Shown piece after piece: positions 32,332 through 44,498 of a stretch of 64,000 nucleotides of DNA. The number at the start of each line of letters is the position of its first letter. Position 1 is the stretch's first letter. The stretch is taken from assembly GCF_044324785.1 (NCBI RefSeq), contig NZ_CP172127.1. One strand, 5' to 3'. The translations under genes were made by a program, and so were the position numbers. The notes beneath the pieces were generated by a model. It was not told the origin of the DNA. It saw only the letters and a program-made list of their open reading frames with translations, and did not search any database. Origin of the DNA: Escherichia coli. Its GTDB lineage: Bacteria; Pseudomonadota; Gammaproteobacteria; Enterobacterales; Enterobacteriaceae.

Positions 32332-33357
32332 ATGAAAGCGTTATCCAAACTGAAAGCGGAAGAGGGCATCTGGATGACCGACGTTCCTGTACCGGAACTC
32401 GGGCATAACGATCTGCTGATTAAAATCCGTAAAACAGCCATCTGCGGGACTGACGTTCACATCTATAACTGGGATGAGTGGTCGCAAAAAACCATCCCGG
32501 TGCCGATGGTCGTGGGCCATGAATATGTCGGTGAAGTGGTAGGTATTGGTCAGGAAGTGAAAGGCTTCAAGATTGGCGATCGCGTTTCTGGCGAAGGCCA
32601 TATCACCTGCGGTCACTGTCGCAACTGTCGTGGCGGTCGTACCCATCTGTGCCGCAACACGATCGGCGTCGGCGTTAACCGTCCGGGCTGCTTTGCCGAG
32701 TATCTGGTGATTCCGGCGTTCAACGCTTTCAAAATCCCCGACAATATCTCCGATGATCTGGCTTCCATTTTTGATCCCTTCGGTAACGCCGTGCATACCG
32801 CGCTGTCGTTCGATCTGGTGGGTGAAGATGTGCTGGTCTCTGGTGCAGGCCCGATTGGTATTATGGCGGCGGCGGTGGCGAAACACGTTGGTGCACGTAA
32901 CGTGGTGATTACTGATGTTAACGAATACCGCCTTGAGTTGGCGCGTAAAATGGGTATCACCCGTGCGGTTAACGTCGCTAAAGAGAACCTCAATGATGTG
33001 ATGGCAGAACTGGGCATGACCGAAGGCTTTGATGTCGGTCTGGAAATGTCCGGTGCGCCGCCAGCGTTTCGTACCATGCTCGACACCATGAACCACGGCG
33101 GTCGTATTGCGATGCTGGGTATTCCGCCGTCTGATATGTCTATCGACTGGACCAAAGTGATCTTTAAAGGCTTGTTCATTAAAGGTATTTACGGTCGTGA
33201 GATGTTTGAAACCTGGTACAAGATGGCGGCGCTGATTCAGTCTGGCCTCGATCTTTCGCCGATCATTACCCATCGTTTCTCTATCGATGATTTCCAGAAG
33301 GGCTTTGACGCCATGCGTTCGGGCCAGTCCGGGAAAGTTATCCTGAGCTGGGATTAA
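32332..33357 (+). CDS. tdh: L-threonine 3-dehydrogenase
   Basis: 341-aa [48 protein letters not shown]... Confidence 0.95.
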
Positions 33358-33365
33358 CACAAACA

Positions 33366-33390
33366 AGGGCTGGTATTCCAGCCCTTTTTC
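33366..33390 (+). terminator. rho-independent terminator after kbl-tdh
   Basis: agggctgg-tatt-ccagccct followed by ttttt. Confidence 0.6.
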
Positions 33391-33595
33391 CTGAGGATAA
33401 TCTGTTAAATATGTAAAATGCTGTCAGTAAAATAAAGAATGGGTAATTGCGCTGATCTCTTATATAGCTGTTCTCATTATCTCTCTACCCTGAAGTGACT
33501 CTCTCACCTGTAAAAATAATATCTCACAGGCTTAATAGTTTCTTAATACAAAGCCTGTAAAACGTCAGGATAACTTCAGAGGTCGTCGGTAATTT

Positions 33596-34630
33596 ATGAT
33601 GAACAGCACCAATAAACTTAGTGTTATTATTCCGTTATATAATGCGGGTGATGATTTCCGCACTTGTATGGAATCTTTAATTACGCAAACCTGGACTGCT
33701 CTGGAAATCATTATTATTAACGATGGTTCAACGGATAATTCTGTTGAAATAGCAAAGCATTACGCAGAAAACTATCCGCACGTTCGTTTGTTGCATCAGG
33801 CGAATGCTGGCGCATCGGTGGCGCGTAATCGTGGGATCGAGGCGGCGACGGGTAAATATGTCGCTTTTGTCGATGCTGACGATGAGGTCTATCCCACCAT
33901 GTACGAAACGCTGATGACCATGGCGTTAGAGGACGACCTCGACGTGGCGCAGTGCAACGCTGACTGGTGTTTTCGTGAAACGGGAGAAACCTGGCAATCC
34001 ATCCCCAGCGATCGCCTTCGCTCAACCGGTGTATTAACCGGCCCGGACTGGCTGCGGATGGGGCTTTCTTCGCGCCGTTGGACTCACGTTGTCTGGATGG
34101 GGGTTTATCGCCGCGATGTTATTGTTAAAAATAACATTAAATTTATTGCCGGATTACATCATCAGGATATTGTCTGGACAACAGAATTCATGTTTAACGC
34201 GCTGCGTGCGCGATATACCGAGCAATCGTTATATAAATATTATCTGCATAATACGTCAGTGAGTCGGTTGAATAGACAAGGGAATAAAAACCTTAATTAT
34301 CAACGTCACTATATTAAGATTACCCGCCTGCTAGAGAAATTAAATCGAAATTATGCCGACAAAATTACGATTTACCCGGAATTTCATCAGCAAATAACTT
34401 ACGAAGCATTGCGTGTTTGCCATGCGGTGCGCAAAGAGCCGGATATTATTACCCGCCAACGGATGATTGCCGAGATATTTACTTCCGGTATGTATAAGCG
34501 CCTGATTACCAATGTGCGCAGCGTGAAGGTGGGTTACCAGGCGTTACTGTGGTCTTTCCGCTTATGGCAATGGCGCGACAAAACGCGGTCGCACCATCGC
34601 ATTACGCGTAGCGCCTTTAATTTGCGCTAG
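33596..34630 (+). CDS. waaH: GT2 family glycosyltransferase WaaH (YibD)
   Basis: MMNSTNKLSVIIPLYNAGDDFRTCMESLITQTWTALEIIIINDGSTDNS... GT2 signature. Confidence 0.85.
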   Translation: MMNSTNKLSVIIPLYNAGDDFRTCMESLITQTWTALEIIIINDGSTDNSVEIAKHYAENYPHVRLLHQANAGASVARNRGIEAATGKYVAFVDADDEVYPTMYETLMTMALEDDLDVAQCNADWCFRETGETWQSIPSDRLRSTGVLTGPDWLRMGLSSRRWTHVVWMGVYRRDVIVKNNIKFIAGLHHQDIVWTTEFMFNALRARYTEQSLYKYYLHNTSVSRLNRQGNKNLNYQRHYIKITRLLEKLNRNYADKITIYPEFHQQITYEALRVCHAVRKEPDIITRQRMIAEIFTSGMYKRLITNVRSVKVGYQALLWSFRLWQWRDKTRSHHRITRSAFNLR

Positions 34631-35576
34631 CGTTAAGTTTTGCCGCTTCGGGCTGCTTGCCCCAGCCTTGCCACTGATGCTGGAAGTAAACGATCAGCGT
34701 GCTCTGGCTGATGCTTTCGCTTAATACTTCAAAGAAGCGATTAGCATAAACAGGTTCTATCGGTTTCTTCGGTTTGCAGAGCTTCACGCCACGGAACGGA
34801 TTACGCGGTGTGTCGGGCACAGTGTTTTTCGGCGGTGTAGACGTATCAATCTGCGGTTCATTCAGCAAGCTGCTGGCTTTCACCAGCGTAATGTCTGGCG
34901 GCAGGTTATAAACCATCTGTTGTAGCACGCGTACCGTGGAAGGGTGAGGATGCCCAATGGCAATGGTTGAACCGTTGCGACGCGCCAGATCAATTGCGCG
35001 ATTGAACTGCACACGGATGTCCGCTTCATTTTGCGAATCGTCGAGGAATACCTTCCGTTTGATCACCTTCACGCCAGTGCCTTGCGCGGCGCGCATCGCC
35101 TGGGTATTACCGATGGTTACGCTGTCGAGGAAGTAAAGATTGTAACGCTCCAGCGCCTGCATCACTTTCTGCATACCAAACAGGTTAGAGGTCATCTTGC
35201 TGCCCATGTGGTTGTTGATCCCCACGGCATAGGGCACGTTATTGACCGCACTACGAATAATGCGCTCAATTTCGTCGCTGCTCATCTCCGGGCGTAGCGT
35301 ATTTTTCTCCAGCGGCTGTTTACTCAGTGGTGCCATCGGTAGATGAATCAACACTTCGTGACCGCTGTTATGCGCTTTGGTCGCCATCTCTCTGGCGTGC
35401 GGTGAATCGGGTAATACAGCGACGGAGATGGCAGAAGGCATCGCCAGCACCTGGTTTTCGTTGTGCGGGCGATACCCAAAATCATCAATGACGATGGCAA
35501 GTTTGCCAGCAATTACGGGGGAGGAGAGCGCCAACAGAGCGGCAAATGCAAGAACGTTACGACGAAATGGAAACAA
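34617..35576 (-). CDS. yibQ: divergent polysaccharide deacetylase family protein YibQ
   Basis: 319-aa ORF with signal peptide; conserved position. Confidence 0.8.
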   Translation of the reverse strand: MFPFRRNVLAFAALLALSSPVIAGKLAIVIDDFGYRPHNENQVLAMPSAISVAVLPDSPHAREMATKAHNSGHEVLIHLPMAPLSKQPLEKNTLRPEMSSDEIERIIRSAVNNVPYAVGINNHMGSKMTSNLFGMQKVMQALERYNLYFLDSVTIGNTQAMRAAQGTGVKVIKRKVFLDDSQNEADIRVQFNRAIDLARRNGSTIAIGHPHPSTVRVLQQMVYNLPPDITLVKASSLLNEPQIDTSTPPKNTVPDTPRNPFRGVKLCKPKKPIEPVYANRFFEVLSESISQSTLIVYFQHQWQGWGKQPEAAKLNASAN

Positions 35577-35579
35577 AAC

Positions 35580-36839
35580 TTATCTTCCCAACCACGGCTG
35601 TGGATTGACCGCCTGACCCTGGCGGCGAATTTCGAAATAGAGTGAAGGCCGACCCTGACCGCCACTGCTGCCCACCAGTGCAATCGGCTGGCCCGCGCGA
35701 ACCTGCGAACCAACGCTCACCAGTGCGCTCTGATTATAGCCGTAAAGACTCATGTCGCCTTTACCATGCTCAACCACCACCACCAGACCGTAGCCTTGCA
35801 GCCAGTCAGCCAGAATCACCCGACCGTCGGCAATTGCTTTAACTTCAGTGCCTTCAGAGGCACCGATCACCATCCCTTTCCAGCGTAGTTCGCCTTGTAG
35901 TTGTTCACCATAGCGATGCAGCGTAGGGCCACGAACTGGCCAGAATGCCTGACCACGCGGCGCACCCAGGCCACCGGTGCGAGACATCAGCGATTTTTCG
36001 CTTTCGGTCGGTTTGTAGGTGGTGCCTTTGCGCGTTGCTTCTTTCTGGCGGTCGCGAACCGCCTGGGCCTCACGCGCTTCTCGTTCAGCACGCGCTTTCG
36101 CCGCGGCTTCCGCACGGGCAATGCTGTTACGCAGACGGGATTCGTTGGCGCGCAGCTCGCTCAACTGTTGCTGACCTTGCTGGATGGAAGACTCCAGCCC
36201 TGCCAGCGTCTTTTTACGCTCGTTCAGCGCCTGGGTCAGCTTCGCCTGTTGGGCGCGCTGCTCATACAACAGCGTTTGTTGCTCGCTCTGTTTCTCTTCC
36301 AGCTCGGCGCGTTGCATAGCGACTTCTTCACGCGTTTGTTTCAACTGAGCAATGGTTTCTTGTCGCGCCTGGTTGAGATAGCCGAAATAAGCCTGTAAAC
36401 GCTGTCCACGCTGGCTTTCTTCACCGCTGAGAATCAGCTGAATACCGGTATGCTCGCCCTGACGGAATGCGGCATCCAGTTGTGCGGCGAGGCTGCGCTC
36501 CTGGGCGGCTTTTTGCTGCTCCAGTTTGGCAATCGACGCGTTCATCTCATCAATCTGTTTATTCAGTTGATTGAGCGTGTTTTGCGTTTCGCGCAGCTTA
36601 CGGGTGGCTTCCGAGATCGCTTCTTCCTGCTTTTTCAACTGAGCAAGCAGGCTGGAGCGTTGTTGTTGCTTTTGGCGTACCGCGCGCTCTTTCGCGGCGA
36701 TATCTGCCTGAATAGATTTGAGTTGGTCACGCTCATCCGCGTGGGCGGAAAAGGCGCACAACAATACGCCAGCGCTAAGAACGCTGGCGTAGATGATGGG
36801 CCTGATTGCAAACCTGCGCGGTTTCACGGCCCGTGTCAT
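35580..36839 (-). CDS. envC: murein hydrolase activator EnvC (coiled coil + LytM/M23-like)
   Basis: ORF trimmed to MTRAVKPRRFAIRPIIYASVLSAG...; long Q/A/E-rich coiled coil then M23-like C-terminus. Confidence 0.9.
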   Translation of the reverse strand: MTRAVKPRRFAIRPIIYASVLSAGVLLCAFSAHADERDQLKSIQADIAAKERAVRQKQQQRSSLLAQLKKQEEAISEATRKLRETQNTLNQLNKQIDEMNASIAKLEQQKAAQERSLAAQLDAAFRQGEHTGIQLILSGEESQRGQRLQAYFGYLNQARQETIAQLKQTREEVAMQRAELEEKQSEQQTLLYEQRAQQAKLTQALNERKKTLAGLESSIQQGQQQLSELRANESRLRNSIARAEAAAKARAEREAREAQAVRDRQKEATRKGTTYKPTESEKSLMSRTGGLGAPRGQAFWPVRGPTLHRYGEQLQGELRWKGMVIGASEGTEVKAIADGRVILADWLQGYGLVVVVEHGKGDMSLYGYNQSALVSVGSQVRAGQPIALVGSSGGQGRPSLYFEIRRQGQAVNPQPWLGR

Positions 36840-36872
36840 GGTATTAATCGCCTTTCCCCTCATGGGGAGGGA

Positions 36873-38417
36873 TTATTCCACGATGAACAGCGGCTTACCA
36901 GTCATCTCTTGCGGGATTTCCATACCCATCAGCGACAACATGGTCGGCGCGATGTCAGAAAGTTTGCCGCCTTCAACCGCTTTCACGTTCTTATCACCAA
37001 CGTAAATCAGCGGAACTGGTAGGTTGGTGTGTGCCGTGTGTGCCTGACCCGTTGCCGGATCGCGCATCTGTTCAGCGTTACCGTGGTCAGCGGTGATCAG
37101 CAGTTGTCCACCCACGGACTCAACCGCTTTCGCGACTTCTTCCACGCAGTGATCCAGCGCTTCAACCGCTTTAACCGCCGCTTCCATCACCCCGGTGTGA
37201 CCTACCATGTCGCCGTTCGGATAGTTACAGATAATGGTGTCGTATTTGCCGCTCTTGATTGCCGCAACCAGTTTTTCGGTCAGCTCTGCGGAGCTCATTT
37301 CCGGTTGCAGATCGTAGGTAGCCACTTTCGGTGAGTTGATCAGAATGCGATCTTCGCCTTTGAACGACTCTTCTACGCCACCGTTAAAGAAGAAAGTGAC
37401 GTGGGCATATTTTTCGGTTTCGGAAATACGCAACTGAGTTTTGTCGTTTTTCGCCATCCATTCGCCGAAGGTGTTAACCAGGGAAGCTGGTGGGTAAGCA
37501 ACCGCAGTTTTGATGTCAGCGGCGTATTCGGTCAGCATCACGAAATCGACGTTAACCACTTTCTTACGCGCGAAGCCATCGAAATCAGCGTTCACGAATG
37601 CACGAGTGATTTCACGTGCGCGGTCAGCACGGAAGTTCATGAAAATCAGCGCATCGCCGTCTTCCATTGCCGCATCTGGCTGACCTTCTGCACGAATAAC
37701 GGTCGCTTTCACGAACTCGTCGTTTTCGTCGCGAGCATAAGCAGCCTGCAAACCAGCAACGGCGGTATCGGCCTGGAACTCGCCCTGCGCCAGAGTCAGC
37801 AGGTCATAAGCTTTTTCAACGCGATCCCAACGGTTATCGCGGTCCATGGCGTAGTAACGACCAATGATGGACGCTACGCGGCCTTTGCCCAGTGCGGCAA
37901 ATTTTTCTTCGAATTTTTTCAGCGAGGATTCAGCACTGCGCGGTGGAGTGTCGCGACCGTCAAGGAATGCGTGCAGGTAGATTTTTTCTGCGCCGCGTTC
38001 AGCGGCCAGTTCTACCATCGCCATGATGTGATCTTCGTGGCTGTGTACGCCGCCTGCGGAGAGCAGACCCATAATGTGAACTGCTTTGCCTGCGTTTTTC
38101 GCTTTATCTACCGCGCCAGTCAGTACCGGGTTAGCGAAGAAAGCGCGATCTTTGATTTCAACGTCCAGACGAGTCAGGTCCTGATACACGATGCGGCCGG
38201 CACCCAGGTTAACGTGGCCTACTTCGGAGTTACCCATCTGACGGTCAGGCAGACCGACTTCCAGACCGGAAGCGTCGATCAGGGTATGCGGACGATTGGC
38301 CCACAGTGCATCCATTACCGGGGTTTTAGCACTAAAAATGGCGTTATCCTGCTGTTCTTCACGATAGCCATAGCCATCCAGAATCACCAGTACCATAGGT
38401 TTTTTAGAAACCGACAT
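36873..38417 (-). CDS. gpmM: 2,3-bisphosphoglycerate-independent phosphoglycerate mutase
   Basis: ORF trimmed to [28 protein letters not shown]... (514 aa). Confidence 0.9.
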   Translation of the reverse strand: MSVSKKPMVLVILDGYGYREEQQDNAIFSAKTPVMDALWANRPHTLIDASGLEVGLPDRQMGNSEVGHVNLGAGRIVYQDLTRLDVEIKDRAFFANPVLTGAVDKAKNAGKAVHIMGLLSAGGVHSHEDHIMAMVELAAERGAEKIYLHAFLDGRDTPPRSAESSLKKFEEKFAALGKGRVASIIGRYYAMDRDNRWDRVEKAYDLLTLAQGEFQADTAVAGLQAAYARDENDEFVKATVIRAEGQPDAAMEDGDALIFMNFRADRAREITRAFVNADFDGFARKKVVNVDFVMLTEYAADIKTAVAYPPASLVNTFGEWMAKNDKTQLRISETEKYAHVTFFFNGGVEESFKGEDRILINSPKVATYDLQPEMSSAELTEKLVAAIKSGKYDTIICNYPNGDMVGHTGVMEAAVKAVEALDHCVEEVAKAVESVGGQLLITADHGNAEQMRDPATGQAHTAHTNLPVPLIYVGDKNVKAVEGGKLSDIAPTMLSLMGMEIPQEMTGKPLFIVE

Positions 38418-38665
38418 TGCGACAACCTCATACTCAAGAGTCAAAATTTGCGTAATTTTACTACAGCTGAATCGATAAAATAGCCTCTGAAGATCAAAAT
38501 ATACGACCGCTCGCGGCAAGCCGATGCCAGATTTGCGCTTTTTTTTTCGTCGCGCCCCGCAAAATTGCATTCCAGTTAACGCGCTGGCTGTATTTGCCGC
38601 ACCGCGCAGGTATACTCCTTTCCTGGTTTTTTTAATCACTACGTCGGGAGTTGTTACCCCCCATG

Positions 38666-39094
38666 CAAGAAATTATGCAATTTGTTGGCCGTCATCCCAT
38701 ACTGAGTATCGCCTGGATCGCGTTACTGGTGGCGGTTCTTGTGACTACGTTTAAGAGCCTGACCTCGAAAGTGAAGGTGATTACTCGTGGTGAAGCTACG
38801 CGTCTGATCAACAAAGAAGACGCTGTGGTTGTGGATTTACGTCAGCGTGATGACTTCCGTAAAGGCCATATCGCAGGTTCTATCAACTTGTTGCCGAGCG
38901 AAATCAAAGCCAACAATGTTGGTGAGCTTGAGAAGCACAAAGACAAACCGGTTATCGTGGTAGACGGTTCTGGCATGCAGTGCCAGGAGCCTGCAAACGC
39001 GCTGACGAAAGCTGGTTTTGCGCAAGTATTCGTGCTGAAAGAGGGCGTTGCTGGCTGGGCTGGCGAAAACTTACCTCTGGTGCGCGGCAAATAA
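38666..39094 (+). CDS. yibN: rhodanese-like domain protein YibN
   Basis: ORF trimmed to [27 protein letters not shown]...; rhodanese fold region. Confidence 0.85.
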
Positions 39095-39235
39095 TTTACC
39101 TGTCGTCTTTCATGATGCAGGCCGTTAGCTGCAATTAGGCCCCCAGCGACTTATTGTTATAAGCTTCTGGGGACACTCCATTTTGCAGCCGCCCTGCAAC
39201 ATGAAATTTCAGGGTAAAAAAACAGGAGCTAAGTT

Positions 39236-39487
39236 ATGGCCAATGTTGAAATCTATACCAAAGAAACCTGCCCGTATTGCCATCGTGCGAAAGCACTGCT
39301 GAGCAGCAAGGGCGTGAGTTTTCAGGAGTTGCCGATCGATGGCAACGCCGCTAAGCGTGAAGAGATGATCAAACGCAGCGGGCGCACCACGGTTCCCCAG
39401 ATTTTTATTGACGCACAGCACATTGGCGGCTGTGATGACTTGTATGCATTGGATGCACGTGGTGGACTGGATCCCCTGCTGAAATAA
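39236..39487 (+). CDS. grxC: glutaredoxin 3
   Basis: [83 protein letters not shown] (CPYC active site). Confidence 0.95.
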
Positions 39488-39549
39488 CGTGTGAACGTTG
39501 GCATTACATTGCGCAGTATTTAAGGACAACACTTAAGGGTTTTCTACAC

Positions 39550-40017
39550 ATGTCAGAACAAAACAACACCGAAATGACTTTCCAGATCCAACGTATTTAT
39601 ACCAAGGATATTTCTTTCGAAGCGCCGAACGCGCCGCACGTTTTCCAGAAAGATTGGCAGCCAGAAGTTAAACTTGATCTGGATACGGCATCTTCTCAAC
39701 TGGCAGATGACGTTTACGAAGTGGTACTGCGTGTTACCGTAACGGCCTCCCTGGGCGAAGAAACCGCGTTCCTGTGTGAAGTTCAGCAGGGCGGTATTTT
39801 CTCCATCGCGGGTATCGAAGGCACCCAGATGGCACATTGCCTGGGTGCATACTGCCCGAACATTCTGTTCCCGTATGCTCGTGAGTGCATCACCAGCATG
39901 GTATCCCGCGGTACATTCCCGCAACTGAACCTTGCGCCGGTTAACTTCGATGCGCTGTTCATGAACTATTTGCAGCAGCAGGCTGGCGAAGGTACTGAAG
40001 AACATCAGGATGCCTGA
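39550..40017 (+). CDS. secB: protein-export chaperone SecB
   Basis: [51 protein letters not shown]... Confidence 0.95.
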
Positions 40018-41036
40018 TGAACCAACGTAATGCTTCAATGACTGTGATCGGTGCCGGCTCGTACGGCACCGCTCTTGCCATCACCCTGGCAAGAAATGGC
40101 CACGAGGTTGTCCTCTGGGGCCATGACCCTGAACATATCGCAACGCTTGAACGCGACCGCTGTAACGCCGCGTTTCTCCCCGATGTGCCTTTTCCCGATA
40201 CGCTCCATCTTGAAAGCGATCTCGCCACTGCGCTGGCAGCCAGCCGTAATATTCTCGTCGTCGTACCCAGCCATGTCTTTGGTGAAGTGCTGCGTCAGAT
40301 TAAACCGCTGATGCGTCCTGATGCGCGTCTGGTGTGGGCGACCAAAGGGCTGGAAGCGGAAACCGGGCGTCTGTTACAGGACGTGGCGCGTGAAGCGTTA
40401 GGCGATCAAATTCCGCTGGCGGTTATCTCTGGCCCAACGTTTGCGAAAGAACTGGCAGCAGGTTTACCGACGGCTATTTCGCTGGCCTCGACCGACCAGA
40501 CCTTTGCCGATGATCTCCAGCAGCTGCTGCACTGCGGCAAAAGTTTCCGCGTTTACAGCAACCCGGATTTCATTGGCGTGCAGCTTGGCGGCGCGGTGAA
40601 AAACGTCATCGCCATTGGCGCGGGGATGTCCGACGGTATCGGTTTTGGTGCGAATGCGCGTACGGCGCTGATCACCCGTGGGCTGGCTGAAATGTCGCGT
40701 CTTGGTGCGGCGCTGGGTGCCGATCCTGCCACCTTTATGGGCATGGCGGGGCTGGGCGATTTGGTGCTGACCTGTACCGACAACCAGTCGCGTAACCGCC
40801 GTTTTGGCATGATGCTCGGTCAGGGCATGGATGTACAAAGCGCGCAGGAGAAGATTGGTCAGGTGGTTGAAGGCTACCGCAATACGAAAGAAGTCCGCGA
40901 ACTGGCGCATCGCTTCGGCGTTGAAATGCCAATAACCGAGGAAATTTATCAAGTATTATATTGCGGAAAAAACGCGCGCGAGGCAGCATTGACGTTATTA
41001 GGTCGTGCACGCAAGGACGAGCGCAGCAGCCACTAA
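40017..41036 (+). CDS. gpsA: NAD(P)H-dependent glycerol-3-phosphate dehydrogenase
   Basis: [50 protein letters not shown]... Confidence 0.95.
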   Translation: MNQRNASMTVIGAGSYGTALAITLARNGHEVVLWGHDPEHIATLERDRCNAAFLPDVPFPDTLHLESDLATALAASRNILVVVPSHVFGEVLRQIKPLMRPDARLVWATKGLEAETGRLLQDVAREALGDQIPLAVISGPTFAKELAAGLPTAISLASTDQTFADDLQQLLHCGKSFRVYSNPDFIGVQLGGAVKNVIAIGAGMSDGIGFGANARTALITRGLAEMSRLGAALGADPATFMGMAGLGDLVLTCTDNQSRNRRFGMMLGQGMDVQSAQEKIGQVVEGYRNTKEVRELAHRFGVEMPITEEIYQVLYCGKNAREAALTLLGRARKDERSSH

Positions 41037-41114
41037 TCCCAGGGAACTTTGTTACCGCTATGACCCGGCCCGCGCAGAACGGGCCGGTCATTATCTCATC
41101 GTGTGGAGTAAGCA

Positions 41115-41936
41115 ATGTCGTGTGAAGAACTGGAAATTGTCTGGAACAATATTAAAGCTGAAGCCAGAACGCTGGCGGACTGTGAGCCAATGCTGGCCAG
41201 TTTTTACCACGCGACGCTACTCAAGCACGAAAACCTGGGCAGTGCACTGAGCTACATGCTGGCGAACAAACTGTCATCGCCAATTATGCCTGCCATTGCT
41301 ATCCGCGAAGTGGTGGAAGAAGCCTACGCCGCCGACCCGGAAATGATCGCCTCTGCGGCCTGTGATATTCAGGCAGTGCGTACCCGCGACCCGGCAGTCG
41401 ATAAATACTCAACCCCATTGTTATACCTGAAAGGTTTTCATGCCTTGCAGGCCTATCGTATCGGTCACTGGCTTTGGAATCAGGGCCGCCGCGCACTGGC
41501 AATATTTCTGCAAAACCAGGTTTCTGTGACGTTCCAGGTTGATATTCACCCGGCAGCAAAAATTGGTCGCGGTATCATGCTTGACCATGCGACGGGCATC
41601 GTCGTCGGTGAAACGGCGGTGATTGAAAACGACGTATCGATTCTGCAATCTGTGACGCTTGGCGGTACGGGTAAATCTGGTGGTGACCGTCACCCGAAAA
41701 TTCGTGAAGGTGTGATGATTGGCGCGGGCGCGAAAATTCTCGGCAATATTGAAGTTGGGCGCGGCGCGAAGATTGGCGCAGGTTCCGTGGTGCTGCAACC
41801 GGTGCCGCCGCATACCACCGCCGCTGGCGTTCCGGCACGCATTGTCGGTAAGCCGGATAGCGATAAACCGTCAATGGATATGGATCAGCATTTCAACGGT
41901 ATTAACCATACGTTTGAATATGGGGATGGGATCTGA
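41115..41936 (+). CDS. cysE: serine O-acetyltransferase
   Basis: MSCEELEIVWNNIKAEARTLADCEPMLASFYHATLLKHENLGSALSYMLANKL...; hexapeptide repeats. Confidence 0.95.
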   Translation: MSCEELEIVWNNIKAEARTLADCEPMLASFYHATLLKHENLGSALSYMLANKLSSPIMPAIAIREVVEEAYAADPEMIASAACDIQAVRTRDPAVDKYSTPLLYLKGFHALQAYRIGHWLWNQGRRALAIFLQNQVSVTFQVDIHPAAKIGRGIMLDHATGIVVGETAVIENDVSILQSVTLGGTGKSGGDRHPKIREGVMIGAGAKILGNIEVGRGAKIGAGSVVLQPVPPHTTAAGVPARIVGKPDSDKPSMDMDQHFNGINHTFEYGDGI

Positions 41937-41988
41937 CGTCCTGTGATTGTGCCGGATGCGATGTAATCATCTATCCGGCATACAGTAA

Positions 41989-42462
41989 CTAATCTCTCAA
42001 TACCGCTCCCGGATACCCCAGCTGCCGCCAGGCTTCATACACCACGACCGACACCGCATTGGACAGGTTCATGCTGCGGCTGTCCGGCACCATTGGAATG
42101 CGAATTTTTTGTTCAGCGGGCAGGGCATCAAGAATGCTTGCTGGCAGGCCGCGCGTTTCCGGGCCGAACATCAGATAATCGCCATCCTGATAGCTTACGG
42201 CGCTGTGAGCAGGCGTACCTTTCGTGGTGAGGGCAAACAGGCGCTGGGGATTTTCTGCTTCGAGGAACGCGCGATAGTCATGATGACGCGTAACGGCGGT
42301 AAACTCGTGATAGTCCAGCCCCGCGCGGCGCAGGCGCTTATCGTCCCAGGCAAATCCCATCGGTTCGATGATATGCAGACGAAAGCCGGTATTAGCGCAA
42401 AGACGGATGATGTTGCCAGTATTTGGCGGAATTTCTGGTTCGTAAAGTACGATGTTTAGCAT
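41989..42462 (-). CDS. trmL: tRNA (cytidine/uridine-2'-O)-methyltransferase TrmL
   Basis: [54 protein letters not shown]... Confidence 0.9.
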   Translation of the reverse strand: MLNIVLYEPEIPPNTGNIIRLCANTGFRLHIIEPMGFAWDDKRLRRAGLDYHEFTAVTRHHDYRAFLEAENPQRLFALTTKGTPAHSAVSYQDGDYLMFGPETRGLPASILDALPAEQKIRIPMVPDSRSMNLSNAVSVVVYEAWRQLGYPGAVLRD

Positions 42463-42534
42463 ACTGCCCCCTTAGTGCGGGGGCAGGATAGCAGAAAATT
42501 GGTGATTGGTACGGTCTTTTCCCCTCACCCCCGA

Positions 42535-43725
42535 CTATGCCGCATTCCCTTTCGCCATCGGAGCCAGTGCCGCAGGCAACTCTTTACCCAGCCCCTGCAC
42601 CAGCGAATCTTGCGTAATTTCGCTAATTGATTTCGCACCAGTCAGCGTCATTGCCACTTTCATCTCTTTTTCGATCAGATTCAGCAGGTTAGCTACACCC
42701 GCCTGGCCCGCTGTTGCCAGCGCATACAGGAAAGCACGACCCAGCAGTATGGTATCAGCACCGAGCGCGATCATACGCACGACATCAAGCCCGTTACGAA
42801 TCCCGCTATCTGCCAGAATGGCGATATCACCTTTCACGGCATCTGCAATAGCAGGCAGTGCACGAGCAGAAGAGAGTACGCCATCTAACTGGCGGCCACC
42901 GTGGTTAGAAACCACAATTCCATCAGCACCAAAACGTACTGCATCGCGCGCATCTTCCGGATCGAGGATCCCTTTGATCACCATCGGGCCATCCCAGAAA
43001 TCGCGGATCCACTCAAGGTCTTTCCATGAGATGGACGGATCGAAGTTATTCCCCAGCCAGCCGATGTAATCTTCCAGTCCGGTCGGTTTGCCGAGGTAAG
43101 CCGAGATATTACCTAAATCATGTGGACGACCGTTCAGGCCCACATCCCACGCCCATTGCGGATGCGTCACCGCCTGCAAATAGCGGCGCATTGCCGCGTT
43201 CGGGCCGCTCATCCCAGAATGTGCATCACGGTAACGTGCGCCCGGTGTCGGCATATCCACGGTGAAAACCAGCGTCGAGCAGCCTGCCGCTTTTGCTCGC
43301 TCCAGCGCGTTACGCATAAAGCCGCGATCGCGCAGCACATAAAGCTGGAACCACATCGGACGTTTAATGGCTGGAGCGACTTCTTCAATCGGGCAAACGG
43401 AAACCGTCGAGAGAGTAAACGGAATGCCATGCGCATCCGCCGCTTTGGCAGCCTGAACTTCGCCACGACGCGCATACATGCCACACAAACCCACCGGAGC
43501 CAGCGCCACCGGCATCGACAATTTCTCATTAAACAGCGTCGTTTCCAGGCTTAAGTCAGACATGTTTTTCAGAATACGCTGGCGCAGCGCCACTTCTGAC
43601 AAATCTTCCACGTTGCGGCGCAGCGTGTATTCAGAATATGCACCCCCATCCATATAGTGGAACAGGAACGGCGGCAGAATGCGTTGTGCTGCGGCGCGAT
43701 AATCGCTGGCTGCGGAAATAATCAT
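42535..43725 (-). CDS. lldD: L-lactate dehydrogenase (FMN-dependent)
   Basis: [50 protein letters not shown]... Confidence 0.95.
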   Translation of the reverse strand: MIISAASDYRAAAQRILPPFLFHYMDGGAYSEYTLRRNVEDLSEVALRQRILKNMSDLSLETTLFNEKLSMPVALAPVGLCGMYARRGEVQAAKAADAHGIPFTLSTVSVCPIEEVAPAIKRPMWFQLYVLRDRGFMRNALERAKAAGCSTLVFTVDMPTPGARYRDAHSGMSGPNAAMRRYLQAVTHPQWAWDVGLNGRPHDLGNISAYLGKPTGLEDYIGWLGNNFDPSISWKDLEWIRDFWDGPMVIKGILDPEDARDAVRFGADGIVVSNHGGRQLDGVLSSARALPAIADAVKGDIAILADSGIRNGLDVVRMIALGADTILLGRAFLYALATAGQAGVANLLNLIEKEMKVAMTLTGAKSISEITQDSLVQGLGKELPAALAPMAKGNAA

Positions 43726-44498
43726 GCGTTTTTCTCCCTCGAATGCTCATTATGGTCACCAGGCAGGCGGGTAATACGTGCATGGCGAGCTTGATCTTCA
43801 TCGAATCGTTTCATGGTAGTGTGAACAAAGCTAAGGTGCGCCATCATTGCTTTGCGCGCCCCGTCAGCATCACCGGCAAAAATGGCGTCAATGACTGCCT
43901 GATGTTGTTCGGTCAGCTGTGAAAAAACCGGGGGTACCAGATACATCCGCTGGCGGCTATGCTTCACAGAGGATTGCAGGACATCGAAGAAACCGCGCAT
44001 GGTTTGCAGCAGCACGATGTTATGTGAGGCTTCGGCAATCGCCAGATGAAAACGAACGTCCGCTTGTGAGGCGAGATCCGGGTCTTCACTTAGCGTTGCT
44101 TCAAAGCAAAGCTGAATTTTCTCTTTTTCGCCAGGTGTGGCGCGCATTGCCGCATGCCACGCGGTGCTGGCTTCAATGGCGTAGCGGGCTTCCAGAATAT
44201 CGAAACTGTAATCCGGATCATCGGCCATCAGCGTTTTCAGCGGCTGGACGATGTTTTGCTCCGACCATGTGTCATGACGCCAGCGAATAAACGTCCCGCC
44301 GCCGCGTCGACTAAGCAGCACGCCTTCGCTCACCAGTTTTGCCAGCGCCTCGCGCAGTGAATTACGCGACACACCGAGTTGCATCGCCAGTTGACGTTCA
44401 GCGGGCAACTTCATGCCCGCCTCCAGGTTTTTTTCATCAATCAGCGCCCGCACACGATCGGCAACCTCGTCTGACAGGCGTCTGGGTAAAACAATCAT
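43722..44498 (-). CDS. lldR: GntR-family L-lactate operon regulator
   Basis: ORF trimmed to [55 protein letters not shown]... Confidence 0.9.
   Translation of the reverse strand: MIVLPRRLSDEVADRVRALIDEKNLEAGMKLPAERQLAMQLGVSRNSLREALAKLVSEGVLLSRRGGGTFIRWRHDTWSEQNIVQPLKTLMADDPDYSFDILEARYAIEASTAWHAAMRATPGEKEKIQLCFEATLSEDPDLASQADVRFHLAIAEASHNIVLLQTMRGFFDVLQSSVKHSRQRMYLVPPVFSQLTEQHQAVIDAIFAGDADGARKAMMAHLSFVHTTMKRFDEDQARHARITRLPGDHNEHSREKNA

Noticed and set aside
32341-33366. 341-aa minus-strand ORF
   Set aside because: Antisense mirror of tdh; GC-rich antisense frame artefact.
35901-37022. Plus-strand ORFs of 124-190 aa
   Set aside because: Antisense to envC and gpmM; the repetitive Q/A/L-rich translation reflects the envC coiled-coil coding strand.
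37401-38483. 360-aa plus-strand ORF
   Set aside because: Antisense to gpmM.
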